Assembly: GCA_047602425.1 (NCBI GenBank)
Contig: JASGHG010000001.1
Coordinates: 4,768,001 to 4,832,000 of the forward strand
DNA length: 64,000 nucleotides
Reading direction: 5' to 3'
Source of the DNA: Nibricoccus sp.
Lineage (GTDB): Bacteria > Verrucomicrobiota > Verrucomicrobiia > Opitutales > Opitutaceae
Shown one piece after another: positions 9,819-19,165 of the stretch. Position numbers and translations under genes: made by a program. Under the pieces are notes generated by a model. The model was not told the DNA's origin and made no database searches. It saw only the letters and a program-made list of their open reading frames with translations. Numbering within the stretch: the stretch's first letter is position 1; the number at the start of each line of letters is the position of its first letter.

Positions 9819-11374
9819 TACGGCAGACGCACATTGATGGGGCCAAGTTGCTTGCGATGCGCGATCTTTTTGCCGTTTACGAAAATCGTCAGACCTTTTC
9901 CCTGTCCAAAGTGTTTTCCGTCACGATCCCAAACGATCGCCAGGTCCCGTCCGTGATACCGAACGCCATCGAGGCAAAACCAATTCCAAGTTCCGGCGGG
10001 CAGCAGTGGCTGAAGGTCAATCACATCGTCGGCGCGAGGGCGCAACCCGACAATCCCCGTGATGAGGAGATCGGCGTAGGTCGAGTGGTTGTAGTAGCGG
10101 CTGCGCGGGTCCGGGCCCTTGAGCCACTTGCCGTTTACTTCGTCGAGGTATTCGCCGATATAGGGCTTGCCATCGTACCGATGCGAACGTGTGTACGTGA
10201 TAAACGCGTCGAAATAATCTTTGTTGGTTACGGCATCCTGCTTGTAGTCGCGCAGTACGTTGGCGAGCGCGGTCAACGTTTGGGAGGTGGCGAAGGGCCA
10301 GACCGCGCCGTCCCACTCGCAGGTGCCAACACCGTGCGAACGAAACTGCGGATGACGACGTTCCGCCGTGGTGATGCCGAAGGGCGCGCGAAATCCCTTC
10401 TCGTCGGTGAACTGCGTCCACGCCGCCTCATATCCTTTGCCGGTTGCAGGCAGTTCGAAATACCACGGGATAAAACCAATTTGCTCACGCACGTCCGCCA
10501 GGACGCCGTCTTCACGTCGGACTTCGAAAAACTTTGCCTCGGGGTGCCAGAGTTTTTCCTGCGTGAGGCGGCGAAGGTCGGCGGCTTTGCGATCGAATTC
10601 GGCGGCCACGTCCGCCTTGCCGGCCACGCGTGCGATGGTGGCGAGCGCCCATGCGTTGCCATACATGTAGGAGTTTAGCGGTGGACGAAGGTTTTTGGTT
10701 TTGCGCCCGCCGCTGATGGATTCCTCCATCGCATCCCAAACGTCGTGCTGCCAGAAAAGACCGGACTCCGTCAGCTTTTCACTTTCCCACCGTCGATAAT
10801 CCGCGACGAGGTCGTCGAAAAGTCCGGTCAGCGTCGCGGTGTCCTGGGTGACAAGCCAGCGCTGCCAAACCGCATATTGGAGCCACTGGCTGTATTTATG
10901 AAGATGGCCCTGCGGCTTGCCGCCTTCAACGCCCCGCAGCCAGTACAGCAAGTAGTCATCGTGGAAGCTCTGGTCGCGCAACCACCGGCCTTCCATCAAA
11001 TGGTGGCCCAGCGCGCTGCTCACCGGTCGCGGCTTCGTGAGAAATTCCGTGAAAACATGGCGTCTGCTGGTTGGTTCGACTCGGAGATGTTTGCGCAACG
11101 CCCACCAACGATACCAGTAGATCTCTTCCACGTCCGCGTCTTCGCAGGTAAAGTACGGAACGCGCGTCTGCAACCAGGCCCATGCCTCGGCGTTCGGGAC
11201 GAGGTTGGCGACCGGCTCGTCCTCCATCGTATTGAATTTCTCGATATGGTGGGCGAACCCATCGGCCTTCAAAACAGCGTACGGCGACTTTGGTTCGGAA
11301 TCCGCACCGCGAGCGAAGAGGCCACAGAAAATCGGCAGGCAGGCGATCAAGACGGTGACGACGCGTCGGGGCAT
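9818..11374 (-). CDS. Secreted six-hairpin glycosidase, GH142-like (beta-L-arabinofuranosidase candidate)
   Basis: Likely ATG 11374 with signal peptide; FNTMEDE..PNAEAW..EEIYWYRWWALRKH, DAMEESISG, CEWDGAVWPFATSQT, YYNHSTY. By recollection resembles the C-terminal domain of B. thetaiotaomicron BT1020. Confidence 0.7.
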   Translation of the reverse strand: MPRRVVTVLIACLPIFCGLFARGADSEPKSPYAVLKADGFAHHIEKFNTMEDEPVANLVPNAEAWAWLQTRVPYFTCEDADVEEIYWYRWWALRKHLRVEPTSRRHVFTEFLTKPRPVSSALGHHLMEGRWLRDQSFHDDYLLYWLRGVEGGKPQGHLHKYSQWLQYAVWQRWLVTQDTATLTGLFDDLVADYRRWESEKLTESGLFWQHDVWDAMEESISGGRKTKNLRPPLNSYMYGNAWALATIARVAGKADVAAEFDRKAADLRRLTQEKLWHPEAKFFEVRREDGVLADVREQIGFIPWYFELPATGKGYEAAWTQFTDEKGFRAPFGITTAERRHPQFRSHGVGTCEWDGAVWPFATSQTLTALANVLRDYKQDAVTNKDYFDAFITYTRSHRYDGKPYIGEYLDEVNGKWLKGPDPRSRYYNHSTYADLLITGIVGLRPRADDVIDLQPLLPAGTWNWFCLDGVRYHGRDLAIVWDRDGKHFGQGKGLTIFVNGKKIAHRKQLGPINVRLP

Positions 11375-11758
11375 AGGGTTAAGAATTGCCCGACGTCCGA
11401 TCGGCGCAAGACGCGATAAGACGAAAAGAGGGCGAGCAAATGGTTGCGGTCCGGTGAAAGGGAATGCGGGACAGAATTCTTGCTGATGATTCAAAAAACA
11501 TCGCAGGCATATTCGGAGATATCTGGAAGCGAAATTTTGCTGTTTAAAAGTGAAGTCTAGATCATCCAAACAAAGGGGGGCCGATGCACCCACGCACCGA
11601 CCCCCTACCCCAAGCAGACCGACTTTCGCCGAACTGCTTTCTTACCATTTGTATGAAAAACACGCTTTTCAGACAGACGCCTGGCAGCAGAGCTTTACCA
11701 CATACAAAATGAAATTGTCTGGCTTCGAAACAAAGGGCACGAAGGGGACTGCCCACTG

Positions 11759-11917
11759 TTTCATATGAAATAAACTAAAAAGCGTTATGTTTCATGAAAT
11801 GTTTAAGTCAAGTTCATTTAGATTTCTGGCGATGCGATGAAAATCCGCGCAACAGGTCGCTTCAACTCCGCCTTGACAAGGGGCTGTCATCATGGAAATA
11901 AGACTATTTCATGAATT
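11759..11917. promoter_or_regulatory. Putative operator palindromes in the divergent promoter region
   Basis: TTTCATATGAAA 11759-11770, TTTCATGAAA 11790-11799 and TTTCATGAAT 11907-11916 in AT-rich intergenic DNA. Confidence 0.6.
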
Positions 11918-11983
11918 ACTTGATTTCATTGCAAATCACCGGCATCAGGGCGGCCGGAAACCCCTAGTCCAGCCAAAGGCCCC

Positions 11984-13102
11984 ATGAATTCTGCGCAGTC
12001 CGCCCCAAAGACGATGCCCAAAAAGAATAAAGTGACCATCACCGATGTCGCGAAAGCGGCCGGGGTCGCGGTCGGTACGGTTTCACGGGTGTTGAACAAT
12101 CACACTGATGTAAACGCGACGATTCGTGCGAAAGTATGGGAGGTGGCGCGACGGCTGAACTACTCGCGTATCCGCCAACGCAGTACACGCAAGGACGACA
12201 GCTCCGGTGAGCAGAAATCCGGGACGATCGCGGCGATTTTCTTCGGCATGGAAGACACGCTGGTGCAGCTCCCGGTCGTTAGCGCGGCGTTGCAAGGCAT
12301 CGAAGGCGCCCTCTCCTCGCAAGGCCGCAGCCTGATGCTCGCAAATATTCCGAAAGCCGATCGCGTGCCGCCGTTTCTCCTCGAAAACGATGTCACCGGA
12401 TTGATTCTCAAAGGACCAAACCAAGGCGAACTTCCTCCTCTTGAGCAGAGCGATTTATTGCAGCATATCTATCGGTTCCCCCACGTGTGGCTGATGGGCC
12501 GCTTGGGCAACGCCAAAGGCGATCACGCCAACTTCGATACCGAAACTGCGGGCAAGCTGGCCGCGGAACATTTTTTCCGCAACGGTCACACGCGTGTCGC
12601 GTTTCTGAATCCCAAGCCTGGCCAAACCCAATTCGAAAAATTGCGCAACGGATTCTACGCGGCGACCTCCCGCTTCGGCCAGACCATGACGTTTTTGGAG
12701 GCATCGCCTCGCGAAAGTTTTGAATGGCCGCTGCCGGCGATCACGAGTGCAGATACGGTCAGCCTGTTGGTGGATCGCTGGGCGGCGATGGACGCGGCGT
12801 CCCGCCCCACGGGCATTTTTGTGCCAGCCGACCGGACAGCCGTTCAGCTTTATACCGTTCTCCAAGGTCGCGGGCTGCAAATTGGCCGCGATGTCAGTGT
12901 CATTTCGTGCAATAACGAGCGCCCGCACCTGATGAATCTCCATCCATCGGTGACGACGATCGAAGTTCACGCGGAAGCCGTGGGCCGGCGCGCCGTCGAT
13001 CAATTGCTTTGGCGTATCCGCCATCCGGAGGACAGCAACTCCACCCAAGTACTCGTCGAGCCTACTTTGGTCGAGGGCGATTCAGTCGCCGATCTCACGT
13101 AA
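11984..13102 (+). CDS. LacI-family transcriptional regulator
   Basis: VTITDVAKAAGVAVGTVSRVLN HTH followed by a periplasmic-binding-type sensor domain. Start may be 12014. Confidence 0.93.
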   Translation: MNSAQSAPKTMPKKNKVTITDVAKAAGVAVGTVSRVLNNHTDVNATIRAKVWEVARRLNYSRIRQRSTRKDDSSGEQKSGTIAAIFFGMEDTLVQLPVVSAALQGIEGALSSQGRSLMLANIPKADRVPPFLLENDVTGLILKGPNQGELPPLEQSDLLQHIYRFPHVWLMGRLGNAKGDHANFDTETAGKLAAEHFFRNGHTRVAFLNPKPGQTQFEKLRNGFYAATSRFGQTMTFLEASPRESFEWPLPAITSADTVSLLVDRWAAMDAASRPTGIFVPADRTAVQLYTVLQGRGLQIGRDVSVISCNNERPHLMNLHPSVTTIEVHAEAVGRRAVDQLLWRIRHPEDSNSTQVLVEPTLVEGDSVADLT

Positions 13103-13148
13103 CGCACTGTTACTTCCGTTTTGCGGGGTCCGTCGGGCCTTGTCTGTT

Positions 13149-13260
13149 TTTCATGAAACAGGCTGCGCTAACATGCGATTTTTAGCGTTCTTGCGCGGTT
13201 TTACCGTGCCCCTCTTTCTTTCATTATGAAATAATATTATTGACCACTTGTTTCATGAAC
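13149..13260. promoter_or_regulatory. Putative operator palindromes upstream of the catabolic operon
   Basis: TTTCATGAAA 13149-13158, TTTCATTATGAAA 13219-13231 and TTTCATGAAC 13251-13260. Confidence 0.6.
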
Positions 13261-13314
13261 CTAGAGGTTTGGAGTCTGGTTTTTCGCCTCTTTGGCTATC
13301 CAGCTCACACCACT

Positions 13315-14481
13315 ATGCCCGCCGAATCGATGCGACCCATCACCTTGCTTCAGCCGCCGCGAATCGCGTTTGGCGCCGGTTGCGCGACGGGGTGTATAGA
13401 CGAGATTGCTGCACGGAGCCTGCGTAAGATTCTGTTGCTCACCACACCGCCGGTCGCGCCTCACGCCAAACCATTGGTGGAAGGACTCGCCGGGAAAAAC
13501 ATTCTCGTCACGACGCTGATCGATGTGCCGCCGGAACCCGGCGTGAAGGATTTCGAACGCATTCTCCTTGAAGCGCGCAAATTTTCCCCGGACGGAGTCA
13601 TCGGTTTTGGCGGTGGCAGCGTGTTGGATATCGCCAAGCTTGTCGCCGCGCTTCACGACTGCGCCGAACCGGTGCAGAACTTTTTTGGCATCGGCCTGCT
13701 GCCGCGTCGCAATACCTACCTGGCCTGCCTCCCGACGACGGCCGGAACCGGCAGTGAGGTTTCGCCAAATGCCATCCTCCTTGACGAAGCCGAGCAATTG
13801 AAGAAAGGCGTGATCAGCCCGTGGCTCGTGCCGGATTCTGCGTTTGTCGACCCGTTGTTCACGCTGTCTGTGCCACCTGCCGTGACCGCCGCGACCGGTA
13901 TCGATGCAATGGTGCATTGCATCGAAGCGTACGCCAACCGTTTCGCCCACCCAATTGTCGATGCCTACGCGCTGGAGGGCATTCGGCTCATCTCAGCTAA
14001 CCTTTTAACTGCGGTAAAAGACGGCCTCAACGTTTCGGCCCGCTCCGGCGTTGCCCTCGGGAGCCTCTATGGTGGCCTGTGCCTGGGGCCGGTCAACACC
14101 GCGGCTGTTCACGCCCTCGCCTATCCGCTGGGCAGCGAATTTCATATCGCTCACGGGCTCTCGAACGCCCTGCTGCTCGCTCCCGTCTTGCGTTTCAATT
14201 TACCGGCGGCGCCCGAACGTTATGTGGCGATCGCAGTCGCGCTCGGCGTGAAAAAGCAAAAAACCGATCTCGCGACCGCCGAGGCCGGCATTGCTCACAT
14301 CGAGAAACTCTGCGCCGACTGCGGCGTGCCGCGCGGCATTGCGGCTCTCAACATTCCCGAGTCTGCCCTTCCTCGCATGGCCGCTGCCGCTATGAAGGTC
14401 ACCCGTCTCCTCAAAAACAATCCGCGCGAACTCGTCCTCGCCGATGCCGAGGCCATCTACCGTCAGGCCTATCCAGCATGA
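13315..14481 (+). CDS. Iron-containing alcohol dehydrogenase
   Basis: GGGSVLDIAK, PTTAGTGSE, GIDAMVHCIEAY, VHALAY..HIAHG motifs. Start placed at ATG 13315. Confidence 0.92.
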   Translation: MPAESMRPITLLQPPRIAFGAGCATGCIDEIAARSLRKILLLTTPPVAPHAKPLVEGLAGKNILVTTLIDVPPEPGVKDFERILLEARKFSPDGVIGFGGGSVLDIAKLVAALHDCAEPVQNFFGIGLLPRRNTYLACLPTTAGTGSEVSPNAILLDEAEQLKKGVISPWLVPDSAFVDPLFTLSVPPAVTAATGIDAMVHCIEAYANRFAHPIVDAYALEGIRLISANLLTAVKDGLNVSARSGVALGSLYGGLCLGPVNTAAVHALAYPLGSEFHIAHGLSNALLLAPVLRFNLPAAPERYVAIAVALGVKKQKTDLATAEAGIAHIEKLCADCGVPRGIAALNIPESALPRMAAAAMKVTRLLKNNPRELVLADAEAIYRQAYPA

Positions 14482-15383
14482 TTCAACAAGGTAAACATAA
14501 CGGCGTCATCGTCCCGCTCGTCACGCCCTTCACCGCCCAAGGCGAAATCGACGAAGCTGCGACCGCCCGCATCATCAATCATTGCGCCGAAGCCGGCGTG
14601 CATGTCTTCGTGCTCGGCACAACCGGCGAAGCCGCATCAATCGCCACCGCCAAACGCGTTCGTTTGATCAATGCCTCCGTCACCGCCGCCGCGGGCCGAA
14701 TCAAAGTCTACGCCGGCATCGGAGACAACTGCCCGGAAAATTCCATTGCCGCGGCCAACGAATACCTGCGCCTCGGCGCCGACGCCGTCGTTGCGCATCT
14801 GCCCGCTTATTACGCGCTCAAGCCCGCTGAAATGCAGGCGTTCTTCGAACTGCTTTCCTCGCAGATCCGCGGAAGCCTGATGCTTTATAATATCCCCTCG
14901 ACGACGCACATGTCGCTCCCCCTCGACATCGCCGAGCATCTCAGCCATTTGCCCAACGTCATTGGATTTAAGGATTCTGAAAATGCACCTGGCCGCCCCG
15001 AGGAAACGGCTCGCCGACTCAGCGACCGGGCCAACTTTTCCATTTTCATGGGAGCCGCCGTGCTCTCGGCCAAGGCGCTGAAACTTGGTTTCGACGGCCT
15101 TGTTCCCAGCTCGGGCAATCTCGTGCCGCAACTCTGGCGCGAACTCTACGACCAGGCTCGCGCTGGCAATTGGGAAAAAGCCGAAGCTCTCCAATCGCGG
15201 CTCAATACCATCGCGCAAGTCTTTCAGCGTAACCGCAGCCTCGGCGAATCCCTCGCCGCGTTGAAAGCGATGATGGACACCCACGGTCTTTGCGGCCCAA
15301 CGGTGCTTCCGCCGTTGCGTACGCTCGACGCCGCCGCCCGCCAGAGCGTCACAGCCGAGTTGGCCGCCCTCAATCTCGCCTGA
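14478..15383 (+). CDS. DapA/NanA-family class I aldolase; candidate Dha aldolase
   Basis: ATGA overlap with the ADH stop; GTTGE, LYNIP, FKDS motifs. Confidence 0.88.
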   Translation: MIQQGKHNGVIVPLVTPFTAQGEIDEAATARIINHCAEAGVHVFVLGTTGEAASIATAKRVRLINASVTAAAGRIKVYAGIGDNCPENSIAAANEYLRLGADAVVAHLPAYYALKPAEMQAFFELLSSQIRGSLMLYNIPSTTHMSLPLDIAEHLSHLPNVIGFKDSENAPGRPEETARRLSDRANFSIFMGAAVLSAKALKLGFDGLVPSSGNLVPQLWRELYDQARAGNWEKAEALQSRLNTIAQVFQRNRSLGESLAALKAMMDTHGLCGPTVLPPLRTLDAAARQSVTAELAALNLA

Positions 15384-15392
15384 TTTTTCGCC

Positions 15393-16547
15393 ATGGCCGG
15401 ACCTTCCATCGCGGTTCTGGCGGACGATCTTACCGGCGCTGCCGAGATAGCCGCCATCGGCAAACGGCATGGACTTCCGTCCCGCATTTTTGCCAGCACC
15501 GCCCAAAGTCGTCCCTTTTCGGCCGGCCTGTCCGTGCACGATACCGACTCCCGCCTGTTAACCGCTGCCAAGGCGGCGGAACGCGTGACAGCGACAGCGG
15601 CCTCGCTTGGCGATGCGGATACGGCGTTTATTTTTAAGAAAACCGACTCCGTTCTCCGCGGCAACGTCGTGGCCGAAATTGTCGCGTTCGCCCGCGCCAC
15701 CGGCAAACGACGCATTTTACTCGTGCCCGCCAATCCATCGCTTGGTCGAACTATTTCGAAGGGACAATATTTCGTTCAAGAAGTGCCGATTGCTGAAACG
15801 AATTTTGCCCGCGATCCGCATCATCCTGCGAAATCCTCCAGCATCGTCGAATTGCTCGGCCCTTCGCCGGATTGGCCGGTGAGCGTCCTGGCTTCCGGAG
15901 CCCCGCTGCCTGAACAGGGAATCATCGTCGGTGAAACAACAACTTCGGCTGACGTCGCCCATTGGGCCGCCCACCTCGATCGCGACACGCTGGCGGCAGG
16001 TGGCGCGGACTTTTTCCAAGCGTGCCTCAAGCAGTTCGGTCTCGCACCGAAACCAACGAGCATACCTAAGTCTCCTGGACTTGTTTTGATTGTCACCGGG
16101 TCGCTTACGCCCGCCCGGGAAACGCTTCTGGCCCATGCTTCTTCTGTTGGCTGGCCGGTGCATACAATTGCTGGAGATTTCGCCGCCTTAAGGCGCACAT
16201 TCGAAATGAGCAGCATCATCCTAGTGCAGAGTCCGAAAACCGCAGTCAACGACCAGGCCTTGGGAGCGCGTCTTCGCGCAGATTTTGGCGAACTCGTTCG
16301 CAGACTGCGCTCTCAAGTTTCCCTTGGACAGGTCGTGGTCGAGGGCGGAGCCACCGCGGCGGCCATCAGCGAAGCCAATGGCTGGACAAGTTTCGACGTC
16401 GCGGGCGAATGGGCCCCCGGCGTCATTGCATTGCACCCGACGGCCGCTCCAGAAATTCTTTTTACCATCAAACCGGGCAGTTACACTTGGCCGGAAAATC
16501 TTTGGCGCCAACTCGACAGCTGCCGCGTTTCCTTCTCAAAATCTTAA
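15393..16547 (+). CDS. Four-carbon acid sugar kinase (DUF1537 family, DtnK/DenK-like)
   Basis: LADDLTGAAE, TDSR, FKKTDSVLRGN, EGGATA, KPGS motifs; followed by a PdxA homolog. Confidence 0.88.
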   Translation: MAGPSIAVLADDLTGAAEIAAIGKRHGLPSRIFASTAQSRPFSAGLSVHDTDSRLLTAAKAAERVTATAASLGDADTAFIFKKTDSVLRGNVVAEIVAFARATGKRRILLVPANPSLGRTISKGQYFVQEVPIAETNFARDPHHPAKSSSIVELLGPSPDWPVSVLASGAPLPEQGIIVGETTTSADVAHWAAHLDRDTLAAGGADFFQACLKQFGLAPKPTSIPKSPGLVLIVTGSLTPARETLLAHASSVGWPVHTIAGDFAALRRTFEMSSIILVQSPKTAVNDQALGARLRADFGELVRRLRSQVSLGQVVVEGGATAAAISEANGWTSFDVAGEWAPGVIALHPTAAPEILFTIKPGSYTWPENLWRQLDSCRVSFSKS

Positions 16548-16553
16548 TACGTC

Positions 16554-17573
16554 ATGGCCGCCTCCTCCGACGCACTCCCCCCCATTCTCGCGATCACCCT
16601 GGGCGATCCTGCAGGAACCGGACCAGAACTTATCTCCAAAGCCGTCACCCTGCCCGAGGTCCGCGCGATCTGTCGTCCGCTCGTGGTCGGCGATGCCGCC
16701 GTGCTCGCCGCGGCGCTACGTTACACGGGCGTCCTGCTCAAAATAAACGCCATTGCCGACGTCGGTGCCGGACAATTTGCGGCGGATTCCGTCGATGTCC
16801 TCGACCTCAAAAACGTGAATCTCGATCAGCTTCAAATCGGCAAAGTTTCGGCCATGGCCGGAAAAGCCGCGTATGAAGCGGTGAAAACCGCTGCCGAACT
16901 AGCTCTCGCCGGTAAAGTGGGCGCGATCGTCACCTCGGCGCTCAATAAAGCTGCAATGAATTTGGCGGGCTACCATTTCGACGGCCACACCGGCTTGCTC
17001 GCCGAGGTCTGCAAGTCTCCTGGAGCCACGATGATGCTCGCCGCCGACAAACTTCGCGTCAGTCACGTCTCGACGCATGTGCCTTTGCGCGTCGCGGTCG
17101 ACCGCGTTCGTCCTGAGCGCATCATGAAGGTTCTGCGCCTGACCAATGACGCGATTAAAAATCTTGGCGTCGCCAAACCCCGGATTGCCGTCGCCGGTCT
17201 CAATCCGCATGCGGGCGAAAACGGCCTTTTTGGCGATGAGGAACAAAAATATATCACTCCCGCCATCGAGGAAGCGCGTCGCGAAGGCATTGACGCTTCC
17301 GGGCCGTACGCCGGCGACACGATTTTCTTCCGCTGCGCCCAAGGCGAGTTCGATGCCGGCGTCGCCATGTACCACGACCAAGGCCACGTCGCCGCGAAAA
17401 TGCTCGGCATTTGGCGCGGCGTGAACGTTACGCTCGGCCTGCCGATCATTCGAACGTCCGTCGAGCACGGCACGGATTTCGCCAACGCGGGCACCGGTCG
17501 TGGCGATCCACGCAGTCTCATCGAAGCGATCAAACTCGCCGCCACCATGGCCCGAAACCGTATCAAGAACTAA
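16554..17573 (+). CDS. pdxA: PdxA-family dehydrogenase (PdxA2, D-threonate/D-erythronate 4-phosphate dehydrogenase-like)
   Basis: GDPAGTGPE, GHT, GLNPHAGE, MYHDQG, RTSVEHGT motifs. Confidence 0.9.
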   Translation: MAASSDALPPILAITLGDPAGTGPELISKAVTLPEVRAICRPLVVGDAAVLAAALRYTGVLLKINAIADVGAGQFAADSVDVLDLKNVNLDQLQIGKVSAMAGKAAYEAVKTAAELALAGKVGAIVTSALNKAAMNLAGYHFDGHTGLLAEVCKSPGATMMLAADKLRVSHVSTHVPLRVAVDRVRPERIMKVLRLTNDAIKNLGVAKPRIAVAGLNPHAGENGLFGDEEQKYITPAIEEARREGIDASGPYAGDTIFFRCAQGEFDAGVAMYHDQGHVAAKMLGIWRGVNVTLGLPIIRTSVEHGTDFANAGTGRGDPRSLIEAIKLAATMARNRIKN

Positions 17574-17615
17574 TTTCCACTTCGCTCTCCAGCCTCAGCT
17601 TTCTCCCCGCGCCCC

Positions 17616-19151
17616 ATGTCCCTCCACACACTCGACTACGTCGTACTTGCGGCCTATGCGCTGCTCATTGTCGGTCTGAGCATTGCCGTCTCCCGTCGTA
17701 ACGAAAGCACCTCCGACTACTTCATCGCCGGGCGTGGACTCCCCGGTTGGGTGGTCGCGTTCACGCTGATGGGCACCATCATCGGCACCGGAACTTTCGT
17801 CGGGCATCCCGGCAACTCTTATCAAAAAGGACTGATCCTGCTCGTGCCGCATTTGATGCTGCCGTTGGTTCTATTGTTTGTTTCGAAAGTCATCGTGCCC
17901 TTTTACCGGCGCGTCGTGCGCATGAGTGCTTACGAGTACATTGGCTTGCGTTTCGGGTTGGGCGGCCGGCTTTATACTTCGTTCGGGTTTTTGGCTGACC
18001 GTATTTTCGACATCGGCGTTACACTCCTCACCACCGCTTACGCGGTCAACGTGCTGACGGGCTGGGAAATTCGCAATGTCATCTTCGGCGTTACGTTGTT
18101 TACCGCCGTTTACACGACAATCGGCGGCATCAAAGCCGTTGTTTGGACTGATGTTGCGCAGGGTACGATTTTGATTCTTGGCGGATCGTTCGTTTTGCTG
18201 CGTTTGCTTTTCGCTCCCGAAGCGGGAGCGCCTTTCGCTGTCGTCGGTGAAGCGTGGCGCGCAGGCCGCATGACTCTCGGCAATTGGGACTTTTCCTGGA
18301 AAAGCCTGTTCGAAACGCAGACGACGGCGTGGCTTTTCATCCTCACCTACATGATCCAGTGGGCGCGCCGCTACGTCACCGATCAGCACCTCGTGCAACG
18401 TTACCTTATTGCCCGCACCGACGCCGAGGCGAGCCGCGCGGTTTTTGCCGGGGCGTTGATCTGCGTGCCGGTGTTTTTTGTCTTCATGTTCATCGGTTCA
18501 TGCTTCTATGGGTTTTTCTCCATAACCAAGGCGCAGGTGCCAGAAATCGGTGACCACATCATGCCCTTCTTCATGATGAATTATCTCCCCGCCGGACTGC
18601 TTGGCCTGGTGTTTGCCGCCATCCTCGCCGCCGCGATGTCGACTGTCAGTTCCGACCTGAATAGTGTGGCGACTGTCGCCACGAGTGATTTCTTCGCGAA
18701 TATGTTTCCCAAGAGCAACGATCGCACGCGCTTGGTCTGCGGACGTTGCATGGTGCTCGTGGGCGGAGCGCTGGCAGCTGGTTCGGCTATTTTGCTGATT
18801 CCCGACAAAGGTTCCGCGCCCGTGATGGAACGTGCTGTCACCATCGCCGCCATTCTCTCGGGCGGCACCCTGGGGCTTTTCTGCCTCGGTTTTCTCACCC
18901 GCCGCGCAACTCGGCAAGGTTGCTATGTTGGCATGGCCTGCTGCGTTTTGTTCACCGCTTGGGCAATTCTGACTGAGCCAAGAGCGCGCATCCTGAACCT
19001 TCCGTTAAACTTCGAGATGAATCCAATCCTCATCGGACTTTTCGGACACCTCGTTCTTTTCGTTACCGGCTACATTGCCAGCCGTCTTCTCGGAGGTTAC
19101 CGTCCAGAAAACGTTGAGCAACTCACCATCCGCCATCGCCCGGCGGCCTAA
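17616..19151 (+). CDS. Sodium:solute symporter (SSS) family transporter
   Basis: DYFIAGRGLP, GGIKAVVWTDVAQ, DQHLVQRYL, AILAAAMST motifs; many TM helices. Confidence 0.92.
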   Translation: MSLHTLDYVVLAAYALLIVGLSIAVSRRNESTSDYFIAGRGLPGWVVAFTLMGTIIGTGTFVGHPGNSYQKGLILLVPHLMLPLVLLFVSKVIVPFYRRVVRMSAYEYIGLRFGLGGRLYTSFGFLADRIFDIGVTLLTTAYAVNVLTGWEIRNVIFGVTLFTAVYTTIGGIKAVVWTDVAQGTILILGGSFVLLRLLFAPEAGAPFAVVGEAWRAGRMTLGNWDFSWKSLFETQTTAWLFILTYMIQWARRYVTDQHLVQRYLIARTDAEASRAVFAGALICVPVFFVFMFIGSCFYGFFSITKAQVPEIGDHIMPFFMMNYLPAGLLGLVFAAILAAAMSTVSSDLNSVATVATSDFFANMFPKSNDRTRLVCGRCMVLVGGALAAGSAILLIPDKGSAPVMERAVTIAAILSGGTLGLFCLGFLTRRATRQGCYVGMACCVLFTAWAILTEPRARILNLPLNFEMNPILIGLFGHLVLFVTGYIASRLLGGYRPENVEQLTIRHRPAA

Positions 19152-19165
19152 ATACTCCGTCCGTC

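Noticed and set aside
11440..11530. GGTGAAAGGGAATGCGGG resembling the start of a cobalamin riboswitch
   Set aside because: The downstream conserved elements (GCCACTG, B12 box) are absent and it points away from the adjacent gene. None was found upstream of the corrinoid operon either.
14079..14477. N-terminal extension of the 434-aa ORF
   Set aside because: Overlaps the Fe-ADH gene; the aldolase starts at the ATGA overlap at 14478.
16554..17573. pdxA as a vitamin B6 biosynthesis gene
   Set aside because: Its position next to a DUF1537 kinase and a transporter indicates the catabolic PdxA2 type.
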